From assembly GCA_963764035.1 (NCBI GenBank), contig CAVXQV010000011.1, positions 105,042 to 169,041 on the forward strand: a stretch of DNA of 64,000 bases, in the 5' to 3' direction. This DNA comes from an uncultured Verrucomicrobiae bacterium (lineage in GTDB: Bacteria; Verrucomicrobiota; Verrucomicrobiia; Limisphaerales; UBA11358). Below are positions 19,809-29,211 of the stretch, piece after piece (the first letter of the stretch is position 1; each line of letters starts with the position of its first letter). The position numbers and the translations under genes are program-made. The notes under the pieces were generated by a model. It ran no database searches. It had not been told where the DNA came from and saw only the letters and a list, made by a program, of their open reading frames with translations.

Positions 19809-21281
19809 CTAACCCTGCAACAATTTAATCTGCTCGCTGTCCTTCTCCACCGCCTCGCCGAGCGTCTGGGCCTGGCGCTTGCGGCTCTCGATGATGTGTT
19901 TGTCCAGCAGCGGGTCGTAGGGCACGGGATATTTGCCGTCGTAACACGCCATGCAAAAGGATTCCTTCGCCAACCCCGTTGCCTTCACCATGCCGGTCTG
20001 GGAGAGGTAATGCAGCGAGTCGGCGTTCAGGTATTTGCGGATTTCGTCCACGGTATTGTTCGCCGCCATCAGCTTGCTGCGGTCGGGAAAATCAATGCCA
20101 TACACGCACGGGTTCGTGTGCGGCGGGCAACTGACCGCGACGTGGACCTCCTTTGCGCCCGCTTCCTTGAGCGTCTTGACGCGCGTCTTGCAGGTCGTCC
20201 CGCGCACGATGGAATCGTCCACGATCACCACGCGCTTGTCCTTCACGAGCGAGGCGATGAGGTTCAGCTTCACGCGCACGTCGAAGTCGCGGATGAGCTG
20301 CGTCGGCTGGAGGAAGCTGCGCCCGACGTAGTGGTTGCGGATGAACGCCATCTCGAAGGGGATGCCCGACTGCTCTGAATAACCCATCGCCGCGCAGACG
20401 CCGCTGTCCGGCACCGGGATCACGAGGTCGGCCTTGACCGGATGTTCGCGCGCGAGCTGGCGGCCCATTTCCTTGCGGACTTCGTAAACGCTGCGGCCGC
20501 CAATGTTGCTGTCCGGCCGCGCGAAATAGACGTATTCAAAAATGCAGAACGCGCGCTTCTCGTGTTCGGGAAACGCCTGCAGGCTGGTCAGCCCTTTTTC
20601 GTTGATGATGACGATTTCGCCCGGCGCCACGTCGCGGACAAATTTGGCCTGGATCTGGTCGAGCGCCACTGATTCGCTGGCCAGCACCCACGCGCCGTTC
20701 ACGCGGCCCAGACACAACGGACGGAACCCGAACGGGTCGCGCGCGCCGATCAATTCCTTCTCCGTCAGGATGACCAGCGAATACGCGCCTTCGATGCGCC
20801 GGACCGTCTGGACCAGCGTGTTCTCCATCCCGCCAATCGTCGGCTGCGCCAGCATCATGATGATGATTTCGCTGTCCACGCTCGTCTGGAAAACGAGGCC
20901 GCGGCGTTCCAACTCGTCGCGCAATTGCGCCGCGTTCGTCAAATTCCCGTTGTGGGCCACGGCGATCTGGCCGCGCGTGCAATCCACCGTCAGCGGCTGG
21001 GCATTGCGGATGTGCGACGACCCGGTGGTGGAATACCGCGTATGGGCGACGGCCACGTTGCCGACGAGGTCGTGCAGGATTTTGGGATTGAACACCTGCG
21101 GCACCAGGCCCATGCCGTGGTGCTTGTAAAATTTCCCCTCGTGGCAGGTGACGATGCCCGCGCTCTCCTGGCCGCGGTGCTGGAGGGCGTAGAGACCATA
21201 GTAGGCAAGTTCGGCGGCATTCGGATGGCCGAAAATGCCGAACACGCCGCAGTAATGTTTGGGGTAATTTTGCTGTTGCAT
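19809..21281 (-). CDS. purF: Amidophosphoribosyltransferase
   Basis: A propeptide precedes the Ntn Cys (MQQQNYPKHYCGVFGIFG). PRTase motif VVIVDDSIVRGTT. Cys ligands lie in SCPPHTNPCVYGID. ATG at 21281. Confidence 0.92.
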   Translation of the reverse strand: MQQQNYPKHYCGVFGIFGHPNAAELAYYGLYALQHRGQESAGIVTCHEGKFYKHHGMGLVPQVFNPKILHDLVGNVAVAHTRYSTTGSSHIRNAQPLTVDCTRGQIAVAHNGNLTNAAQLRDELERRGLVFQTSVDSEIIIMMLAQPTIGGMENTLVQTVRRIEGAYSLVILTEKELIGARDPFGFRPLCLGRVNGAWVLASESVALDQIQAKFVRDVAPGEIVIINEKGLTSLQAFPEHEKRAFCIFEYVYFARPDSNIGGRSVYEVRKEMGRQLAREHPVKADLVIPVPDSGVCAAMGYSEQSGIPFEMAFIRNHYVGRSFLQPTQLIRDFDVRVKLNLIASLVKDKRVVIVDDSIVRGTTCKTRVKTLKEAGAKEVHVAVSCPPHTNPCVYGIDFPDRSKLMAANNTVDEIRKYLNADSLHYLSQTGMVKATGLAKESFCMACYDGKYPVPYDPLLDKHIIESRKRQAQTLGEAVEKDSEQIKLLQG

Positions 21282-21594
21282 CGCCCGCGCCGCTGAAGGG
21301 TCGCAGACGATAACGCGAAGTGCAAGGCGGAACGAAAATCGGCGCGGGCGCATATCAAGATTTGAGGGGGTATCAGTGATGGAAAACTCTCGAATTGACA
21401 ACCATTTCATTAACACCCTGTTTTAGCCGAATCCAAGTAGTTGAAATTGCCCTTCGGAGGCATGAGGGTTGGCTGGAAGGTTCTCCGGCCCGTGCCTGCC
21501 CGACCGTATTTAGTCCAGCCGCACTGCTCCAAAGGTCAAATCCCAAAAATTAGAGGGGTTTCAGCCAAAACCGGCATTCATTCCTTCGGCATTG

Positions 21595-21850
21595 GAGCAC
21601 ACTCTTTCGCCGTTCGAGCGCGCTCTTTTCGCGTGGGAGCATGCTCCCGCGCCGTTCGCGTGCGCTCCCACCGCGTTGGAGCGTGCTCTATCGCCGCGGG
21701 AGCACACGCCTGCGGCGTGGGCGTGCGCTCTTTTCCCGTGGGCGCATGCTCTTTTCCAAAAAGAGCACACTCTTTTCCCGTTGGAGCGCGCTCTTTTTCC
21801 GTTCGAGCATGCTCTTTTCCCGTTGGAGCATGCTCTTTTTCCGAAAGAGG
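21595..21850. repeat. Degenerate tandem array R2, unit exactly 21 bp, 12-13 units
   Basis: Consensus GGAGCRYGCTCTTTTCCCGTT, containing the 10-bp palindromes GAGCATGCTC and GAGCGCGCTC. GAGC or its variants sit at 21595 + 21n for n=0..12, with no indel. All three + frames and two - frames are open. Confidence 0.88.
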
Positions 21851-22065
21851 AGGCGATTTTGGGCGCTTTTTGCCGGCTTTCACGGCTTGAATACGCTAGA
21901 ACAAGTTTATTTTCAACGAGTTACGCTGTAGTGGTCAAAAATAGCCACTTTTTGGGGGTGCCGGGCGGGCGTTCCGATGCCACCCGCCCGCCCCGGCGAA
22001 AGGGACGCCTTTGGAAGGGCGCATATCAAAAAAAAGCCATTTGCCGCCGGGCGTTCAAGCGCGCT

Positions 22066-23160
22066 TTATCCCTGGCCATCCGTGGTGGAAGCAAGGCCGG
22101 CTTTGCCGGCGGCGGCGGGAGTGGCCGGGTTCCATTCCTCAAGGAGCCGGTAACCGACGGCCAGCAGGGTCGGGCCGAGGAAAACACCGATGAAGCCGAA
22201 GGCGAGCGCGCCGCCGATGACGCCGAAGAAAATCAGGACGAACGGCATGTTGCTGCCCTGGCTGATGAGCCACGGTTTGACGACGTTGTCCACGTTCGCG
22301 ACGAGGAGGCCCCAGACGATCATGAAAATGCCCCAGCCGGTCGCGCCCTGGTGGAAGAGCCAGATGGCGGCGGGAATCCAGACCAAGCCCGTCCCGAGCA
22401 CGGGCACGACGGAAACAAAAAAGGTGAGCAGGGCCAGCAGCGCAGCGCCGGGAACGCCGGCGACGAGAAAACCGATGCCTGCAAGCAACGCCTGCACGAG
22501 CGCGGTGCCGAGAATGCCATAGACGACGCCGCGAACGGTCCGGGCCGCGACGGTGATCAGGCGCACGCCCCGGTCGCCGCCGATGCGAGTGACGCCGGCA
22601 TTGAGCCGCCCAGCAAGAGCGACGCCGTCGCGGAACAGGAAGAAGGCGATGAACACGCTCAAGGCGAGTTGAATCAATCCGTGACCGAGCAACAATCCAC
22701 CCTTCAGCAGCCAGCCACTGACAGTGGGGATCCATTCCTTGGCCTTTTCCATGAGCTTGGTGGTGTCGCCGGCGAGGTTTTGCCACGAGGCAACGGCTTT
22801 GGCGCCGACGACGGGAACCTTGCCTAGCCAATCTGGCGGCGCGGGCGGTCCGGCCTCAATCCATTTCTTCGTGGCGGCGGTCAAGTCGTTCACGTTGTCG
22901 GCGAGCGTGGTGCCGACGATGAACAGTGGCAGCAGGAGGATGAGAATCATGCCGAAGGTCATCGTCAAGGCGGCCAGCGTGCGGCGTTGACGGAGGAAGC
23001 GCAGCAGCCGGCTGTAGAGTGGCCAGCTCGTGGAGCAGAGCACCACCGCCCAGAGCAGGGCGGACACGAAGGGGCGCAGCACCAGCAGGCAGCCGGCGAG
23101 CAGCAGCAGGACAACGGCCCAGCCGATGTAGCGTTCGTTTCTTCCGCTCAATGTGGCCAT
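22066..23160 (-). CDS. AI-2E family transporter (PerM/UPF0118)
   Basis: 364 aa and polytopic. C-terminal signature VVPVLGTGLVWIPAAIWL ... DNVVKPWLISQGSNMPFVLIFFGVIGG. Confidence 0.8.
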   Translation of the reverse strand: MATLSGRNERYIGWAVVLLLLAGCLLVLRPFVSALLWAVVLCSTSWPLYSRLLRFLRQRRTLAALTMTFGMILILLLPLFIVGTTLADNVNDLTAATKKWIEAGPPAPPDWLGKVPVVGAKAVASWQNLAGDTTKLMEKAKEWIPTVSGWLLKGGLLLGHGLIQLALSVFIAFFLFRDGVALAGRLNAGVTRIGGDRGVRLITVAARTVRGVVYGILGTALVQALLAGIGFLVAGVPGAALLALLTFFVSVVPVLGTGLVWIPAAIWLFHQGATGWGIFMIVWGLLVANVDNVVKPWLISQGSNMPFVLIFFGVIGGALAFGFIGVFLGPTLLAVGYRLLEEWNPATPAAAGKAGLASTTDGQG

Positions 23161-23218
23161 GTTTCCTTTCTGTCATCTGTGCCGAGGCAGGGCCGCCGGC
23201 GCTCGGGAATTTGTTTGG

Positions 23219-23370
23219 TCATGCGGCGGCTTCCTCCTCCGCGAACACCACCTGAAACCGCCCGCGCATCGCCGGGGTCGCCGGCGATTGCGCCGCCGGG
23301 GTTATTGATGAACTTGATCACAAGCTTGGCGAAATGGTAAGCCGGCGCGGCCTCGCCGCCGAAGAAAAAA
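23219..23370 (-). pseudogene. Short relic of an alpha-glucan (glycogen/maltodextrin) phosphorylase gene
   Basis: The reverse strand reads FFFGGEAAPAYHFAKLVIKFINNPGGAIAGDP and, after a 1-nt slip, AMRGRFQVVF. This resembles the conserved phosphorylase block GGKAAPGY..AK.IIKLI.......DP......KVVF. Only ~50 codons remain, with no start and no continuation. Confidence 0.4.
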
Positions 23371-23542
23371 ATGCGCGCGGCGCATCTATTTCGGATTTTC
23401 GCGCGGGCGTTAAACCCGCGACGGCGGGATGGCGGCAGACATTTTTTCGGCTCGCGGCCGGCGGATTAAGCTGTTATACACGAGACGCAAGCATGAACAC
23501 TTTCTTATCACGCCCGGCCGGCAACACAACTCCATTCCAATT

Positions 23543-24625
23543 ATGAAAACCAAAATCGGCATCGTGACCGGCGGCGGCGACTGCCCCGGGCTGAACACCG
23601 TCATCCGCGCCGTGGCCAAGGCCGCGGCCAAACGCGACTGGGAAACTCTGGGCATCATCGGCGGCTACGCCGGGCTGCTGGAGCCGCGCCAGTATCGCGT
23701 GCTGGATTACCAGGCGTTGAGCGGACTGCTGACGCGCGGCGGCACCATCCTCGGCACGGCGAATCGCGGAAAATTCTCCGCCAAGACCGGCCACGGCGAG
23801 GGCCGGCGGCTGCCGAAGGAATTGCTGGACGAGACCCGCGCCGGCATGGATGCGCTGGGGCTGTCGGCGCTGGTGTCGGTGGGCGGCGACGGCTCGTTGA
23901 GCATCGCCCAACAGATGCACGAGCACGGCATCCCGATTGTCGGCGTGCCCAAGACGATTGACAACGACCTGCACGGGACAATGATGACGTTCGGGTTCGA
24001 CTCGGCGGTGGCCTGCGCGACGGACGCGCTGGACCGGCTGCACACGACCGCCGAGAGCCACAACCGCGTGATGGTGCTGGAAGTGATGGGGCGTTATGCG
24101 GGCTGGATCGCGCTGTATGCCGGCGTGGCGGGCGGCGCGGACGTGATTTTGATTCCGGAAATCCCGTTCACCTACGAGAGCATCTGCGCCAAGGTGAAGG
24201 AACGCGAGGGCCAGGGAAAACAATTCACGCTGGTGGTGGTGGCGGAAGGCGCGCGCGAAAAGGGCGGGGGCTTTGTCACCTCCGGCGGCGCGGAGGCGAA
24301 CCGCGAGGCGCACCTGGGCGGCATCGGCGCGGTGGTGGCGGCGGAACTCGCCAAGCGCACGGGCAAGGAAACGCGGAACTGCGTGCTGGGCCACCTCCAG
24401 CGCGGCGGCAGCCCGACGACCTTTGACCGCGCGCTGTGCTCCATGTTCGGCGCGACGGCGGTGGAACTGGTGGCGGCGGGCGAATTCGGGAAGATGGTGG
24501 CGTTCACGGGGGCCGGCGTGGCGGGCGTGGCCATCAGCGAAGCCGTGGGCCGGCTCAAAACGGTGCCGCCGGAAGGCAATTTGGCGCGCACGGCGCGTGC
24601 GCTGGGGATTTCGCTGGGTGACTGA
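23543..24625 (+). CDS. pfkA: 6-phosphofructokinase (ATP- or PPi-dependent)
   Basis: Motifs: IVTGGGDCPGLN, VGGDGS, PKTIDNDL, EVMGRYAGW. ATG at 23543. Confidence 0.88.
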   Translation: MKTKIGIVTGGGDCPGLNTVIRAVAKAAAKRDWETLGIIGGYAGLLEPRQYRVLDYQALSGLLTRGGTILGTANRGKFSAKTGHGEGRRLPKELLDETRAGMDALGLSALVSVGGDGSLSIAQQMHEHGIPIVGVPKTIDNDLHGTMMTFGFDSAVACATDALDRLHTTAESHNRVMVLEVMGRYAGWIALYAGVAGGADVILIPEIPFTYESICAKVKEREGQGKQFTLVVVAEGAREKGGGFVTSGGAEANREAHLGGIGAVVAAELAKRTGKETRNCVLGHLQRGGSPTTFDRALCSMFGATAVELVAAGEFGKMVAFTGAGVAGVAISEAVGRLKTVPPEGNLARTARALGISLGD

Positions 24626-24672
24626 AATCAGAAACTATCGCGTCCCAATAACCTCCAACCGGATCAGACAAT

Positions 24673-25305
24673 ATGAAAATCCGATTCCACAACGTTCTCA
24701 TCGCCGCGCTCGCAGCGTTCCTTTGCTCCTGCGCAGCCACTTCAATCAAATCCACCTGGAAGTCGCCGGACTATCGCGGCGGGCCGGTTCGCAATGTCGC
24801 CGTGCTGGCGGTGGATGAACAGGGCAATTACCGCACGGCGTTTGAGGGGCAATTCGTCGCTCAACTGGAGCAAAAGGGCCAGCCGGCATTCAAGACGCTG
24901 GGCATTCTTAGCCTGGATGAAATCAAGGCGGACAAGGAGGCCGCGGCGGAAAAATTGCGGGCGGCGGGCGCGGATTCGGTCTTGATCATCCGGTTGGTTG
25001 ACTCCTACAACCAGTCCTCGCCGGCACCCATCGGCGGAGGGAACACTTTGGTGACGCGGACCTCCGGCCAGGTCGGCGGCTTCGAATATTACACCGTCTC
25101 CTCGCCCGGCCGTGGCGGAATGCAGCATACCTTGAACAAGTATGTTTGCCTCGAAACCAGCCTCTATGATTTGAAGACCGAAACAAAACTGTGGTCGGCG
25201 GTCACCGGAACGCTGTTGCGGGAGGGAGCCGAGCCCCTGGACGAGATCGGCCCGCTGGCGGCCAAGGTGCTGACCGCCCTGCGCGCAGATGGTTTGATCC
25301 GGTGA
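24673..25305 (+). CDS. Hypothetical lipoprotein
   Basis: Intact 210-aa ORF with signal peptide and lipobox (LAAFLCSCAAT). Confidence 0.65.
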   Translation: MKIRFHNVLIAALAAFLCSCAATSIKSTWKSPDYRGGPVRNVAVLAVDEQGNYRTAFEGQFVAQLEQKGQPAFKTLGILSLDEIKADKEAAAEKLRAAGADSVLIIRLVDSYNQSSPAPIGGGNTLVTRTSGQVGGFEYYTVSSPGRGGMQHTLNKYVCLETSLYDLKTETKLWSAVTGTLLREGAEPLDEIGPLAAKVLTALRADGLIR

Positions 25306-25579
25306 GTCGCGCAGAATGACAGCCAGCCAATTCTCTGTTGTGGGCGTAAACTGACACTATGCATCAAGGCCTCCGCCCACCAAACAGGCCGCACCGGGCG
25401 CACGGGATTCGGTCAATTGACGAAATTGCTGGCGTCCGGCGGGGAAATTTGGTTACCATCGGCGCATCAGCACGCGGGCATTGACAGGTGAATCCTGTCC
25501 GTCGAGACCCGCAGGCGGTGGCGGATTTGATCCAGTCTCAAGCACGGCAACATGACGATACAAACGGAAACCCCGGCCG

Positions 25580-26692
25580 ATGAGCGACACAACCTCCCAT
25601 CCAAACGGCCCCGGCCTCGCTGAATTACTGCAGGTCCTGGTGCAAAACAAGGGTTCCGACCTGCACATCCAGGCCGGCGAAGTGCCCATGGGCCGCATCC
25701 ACGGACAATTGGGCCGGTTCGAAATGGCGCCGCTGACCGAGGACGACGTGCTGCGCCTGGCGCGGGAAATCTTGCGGAACGAGGAAAAATTCCATGAGTT
25801 CCTGGCCAGCCGGGACTGCGACGCGGCGGTCGCGATTCCAGATGTCGGCCGGTTCCGCGCCAATTTGTTTTATCAGCGCGACAAGCCGGGCCTGGTGTTG
25901 CGGACTATCGGGACAAAAATTTTGAATCTCGATGCGCTCGAATTGCCGGATGTCCTGAAGACCATCGCCACGGCCAACGACGGCTTGGTGCTGGTGACGG
26001 GCGCGACGGGCAGCGGCAAGTCCACCACGCTGGCGGCGCTGATTGACCACATCAACGCCACCGAGGCGTGCCACATCATGACGCTCGAAGATCCCATCGA
26101 GTTCGTGCACGAGAACAAACTGGCGCTGGTGAATCAGCGGGAAATCGCGCTGGACTCCGCCAGTTTCGCCGCCGCACTCAAGCATGTTTTGCGGCAGGAC
26201 CCGGATGTGATCCTCATCGGCGAGATGCGCGACATGGAGTCGGCGTCCGTGGCGCTGACGGCGGCCGAGACCGGGCATCTGGTGTTCGGCACGCTGCACA
26301 CGCAGGACGCCCCGGAGTCCATCGAGCGGCTGCTGAATCTGTTTCCCACCGACCGCACGCCGCAGATGCGCATGCAACTTTCGCTCGGGCTGCGGGCCAT
26401 CATCTGTCAGAAACTCGTGCCGCGCGCGGGCGGCGGGCGCGTTGCAGCGCTGGAAATCCTGATCAACACGCCCCGCATCAAAAAATTGATCCTCGAAGGC
26501 GAGACCACCAAAATCCCGGCGGCCATCCAGGCCGCCCGCACCGAGGGCATGCAGACGTTCAATCAGGCGCTGGTGGACCTGGTCAGGGCCGGCAAGGTCG
26601 AGGAGAGCGAGGCCCTGCGCGTTTCGCCCAAACCCGACGAACTCAAGATGAACCTCAAAGGCATCTATTCCGGCACCAGCGGAATGGTTTGA
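25580..26692 (+). CDS. pilT: Type IV pilus retraction ATPase, PilT/PilU family
   Basis: Walker A GATGSGKSTT, TLEDPIEF, Walker B VILIGEMRD, His box GTLHTQDA. Confidence 0.88.
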   Translation: MSDTTSHPNGPGLAELLQVLVQNKGSDLHIQAGEVPMGRIHGQLGRFEMAPLTEDDVLRLAREILRNEEKFHEFLASRDCDAAVAIPDVGRFRANLFYQRDKPGLVLRTIGTKILNLDALELPDVLKTIATANDGLVLVTGATGSGKSTTLAALIDHINATEACHIMTLEDPIEFVHENKLALVNQREIALDSASFAAALKHVLRQDPDVILIGEMRDMESASVALTAAETGHLVFGTLHTQDAPESIERLLNLFPTDRTPQMRMQLSLGLRAIICQKLVPRAGGGRVAALEILINTPRIKKLILEGETTKIPAAIQAARTEGMQTFNQALVDLVRAGKVEESEALRVSPKPDELKMNLKGIYSGTSGMV

Positions 26693-26709
26693 TTCTACCC
26701 GCCAAAATT

Positions 26710-27771
26710 ATGGACCTCGCCGAATTGCTCAAATACGCCGTGGAATACGGCGCCTCCGACCTGCACCTGACCATCGGCCGCCCGCCGATGGTGCGCATCT
26801 CCGGCCAGTTGATCGCCAGCGGCTATGACACGGTGCTCGGCCCCGACGAAACCAAGTCGCTCATTTACAGCATCCTCACCGACGACCAGAAGGCGGCGTT
26901 TGAAGAGGAGCACGAGCTGGATTTTTCCGTCGGCATTCCCGGCGTGTCGCGGTTCCGCGTCAACGTCTTCATGCAGCGCGGCAGCGTGGCCGGCGTGTTC
27001 CGGACGATTGGCGAGAACATTCCGAGCTTCGAGGAACTCGGCCTGTCGGACACCCTGCGCCGGCTCGCCCTGCTGCCGCGCGGACTGGTGCTGGTGACCG
27101 GCCCGACCGGTTGCGGCAAGTCCACCACGCTCGCCGCGGTGATCAATCTCATCAACCAGGAAAAGGCGGGGCACATCGTGACGATTGAAGATCCCATCGA
27201 GTTTGTGCATCCGCACATCCGCTGCACGATCAACCAGCGCGAACTGGGCCACGACACGCACTCCTTCCCGCGGGCATTGAAGAGCGTCCTGCGCGAGGAT
27301 CCGAACGTGATTCTCGTGGGCGAAATGCGCGACCTGGAAACCATCGCGGCGGCGCTGACGCTCTCGGAAACCGGCCATCTGGTGCTCTCGACGCTCCACA
27401 CCCAGGACGCCGCGCAGACGGTGGACCGCATCATAGACGTGTTTCCGCCGTATCAGCAGGAGCAAATCCGCGTCATGCTCGCTTCGAGTTTGAAGGGCGT
27501 CGTGTCGCAGATTCTGCTGCCGCGGGCCGACGGCAACGGGCGCGTGGCGGCCCGCGAACTCCTGGTGGTGACGCCGGCCATTTCCTCCATCATTCGCGAA
27601 GGCAAGACGCACCAGATCTATTCCGCCATTCAGACCGGCGGCCGCGAAGGCATGTGCACCATGGAGCAATCGCTGAATCAACTGGTCCAGGCCGGGCTGG
27701 TCAATCTGGAAGACGCCTTGAGCAAGGCGAACCATCCGCAGGAACTCCGCAACCTGGCGCGCGTGGCCTGA
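26710..27771 (+). CDS. pilT: Type IV pilus retraction ATPase PilT (second paralogue)
   Basis: Walker A GPTGCGKSTT, TIEDPIEF, VILVGEMRD, STLHTQDA. ATG at 26710; the ORF-track start at 26068 lies inside the upstream gene. Confidence 0.88.
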   Translation: MDLAELLKYAVEYGASDLHLTIGRPPMVRISGQLIASGYDTVLGPDETKSLIYSILTDDQKAAFEEEHELDFSVGIPGVSRFRVNVFMQRGSVAGVFRTIGENIPSFEELGLSDTLRRLALLPRGLVLVTGPTGCGKSTTLAAVINLINQEKAGHIVTIEDPIEFVHPHIRCTINQRELGHDTHSFPRALKSVLREDPNVILVGEMRDLETIAAALTLSETGHLVLSTLHTQDAAQTVDRIIDVFPPYQQEQIRVMLASSLKGVVSQILLPRADGNGRVAARELLVVTPAISSIIREGKTHQIYSAIQTGGREGMCTMEQSLNQLVQAGLVNLEDALSKANHPQELRNLARVA

Positions 27772-27779
27772 AGCATCAG

Positions 27780-28737
27780 ATGAACCTGGAAGACCTGAAG
27801 AAGATCAACGTGCTTGGCGCGCATGACGACGCGGCGCTGGCGCGGCTCGGCGCGGTTTTGGCGTCCCGCGAGTTTGCCGACGGCGAAACCATTTTTGCGG
27901 AAGGGTTCGCCCGGCGACGGCATGCATTTCATCTCGAGCGGCGCCGTCCGCATCGAGAAACAGACCGGCGTTGCCGGTGGGATCGCGAAGACGCTGGCCG
28001 TGATCGAGGCGGGCGATTATTTCGGCGAGATGTCGCTGTTCGACCAGCAGCCGCGGTCGGCCTCCGCCGTGGCCGCCGGCCGCACGCAGACCTTTTGGCT
28101 GTCCAAGGCGGCGTTCGACGACCTGCCGAAAGCCGGGGGCCAGGCCGGCATGGGCGTGTTGTTCGGGATGATCCGCACTTCCAGCGAACGCATCCGGCGG
28201 CTGAACCGGCAGGTGATTGTCTATGACGAAATCGGCAAGGCCATTGGCGAAGCGACCGGTCTGCAGCAACTGCTCGACGTGATGGCGCGCCAGCTTTGTC
28301 TCGGCACGCTGGCGGATTGGGCGATGGTCCTGCTGCGGGCGCAATTCTCCGACCGGGTCGAAGTCCGCAGTTGCGTCAACCTGCAGTTGACCGCGGCGCA
28401 ACGGGAGGCGCTGGAGGACGGCGCGGGATTTTGGACGGCAGTCCTGCGCGAGCCGGGCGACCGGTTGGTGCGGGACATCACGCAGGAAGAGCCGTTCAAG
28501 TCCGGAACGGGCCTCGGCTTCGAGACCCCTGCGCTGCTGCTGGCGCCGATCCGGATCGAAAGCCAGTCGCTGGGGCTGCTCGTCTTGGGCGGCAGGCAAG
28601 CCGGCCAGTTTGATGCGAACGACCTGAACCTCGTCCGGGGCGTGGCGCGGCAGGCGGCGCAGGCCATCGTAAACGCGCGCCACCGCGAGGAAGAGGCGGC
28701 GCGGACGCGGCACGCCAAACAATTTGTCCGATTTTGA
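27780..28737 (+). CDS. Cyclic-nucleotide-binding domain + GAF-like domain protein; one frame break near 27905
   Basis: cNMP-binding motifs: FADGETIFAEG then SPGDGMHFISSGAVRIEK, YFGEMSLFDQQPRSASAVA. The C-terminal half is GAF-like (ALLLAPIRIESQSLGLLVLGG). The pieces lie in ORFs 27654..28226 and 27814..28737. Confidence 0.7.
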
Positions 28738-28892
28738 AGCGCCCCGGAGAAGGGGCGAAGGTGCGGGGTGTTGCGTTGCCGGATCTTTCACAGGGCGAGC
28801 CACGCGCCCCGTTGCCCCTGCGGAATGCGGATTCCGTCAAATACATAAACATAATCCCAAAGAAATGGGGATTATGCACTTGACGGAAGTTT

Positions 28893-29098
28893 CCCTCGCC
28901 CCGCCCAAGCGGGGAGAGGGTCAGGGTGAGAATTCTCCGAACCCCATTTCGCGCTTTGAACCCCTGCAACCTCAAGATGCGCAAGTCGCTGATAATCAAG
29001 TTGGCGATCTTGAGGTTCATGGGGAGGGGATTTCATTTTTCAATTGAAATCAGCGCCACCTCACCCCAGCCCTCTCCCCCGCTTCGCGGCGGAGAGGG
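28893..29098. repeat. Composite REP-like element with two CCCTC(T/G)CC...GGAGAGGG hairpins, copy 1 of 2
   Basis: Hairpins at 28893..28920 and 29070..29098, joined by ...TTTTCAATTGAAATCAGCGCCACCTCACCCC. The same arrangement occurs inverted at 42525..42635. CATAATCCCAAAGAAATG occurs twice nearby, around 28850 and 29140. Confidence 0.75.
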
Positions 29099-29211
29099 AG
29101 GATTTCCGCGTATCATCTTAATTTTACGTCAACGACATAATCCCAAAGAAATGCCATTTTTGCCATTTTCCAGCTAAATCACCTGTTTTCAGCCAGTTCC
29201 AGCGGTTTTTG

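Noticed and set aside
21595-21850. CRISPR array interpretation of the 21/42-bp arrays.
   Set aside because: The repeats are directly adjacent with no unique spacers, they are degenerate rather than near-identical, and no cas genes are in the window.
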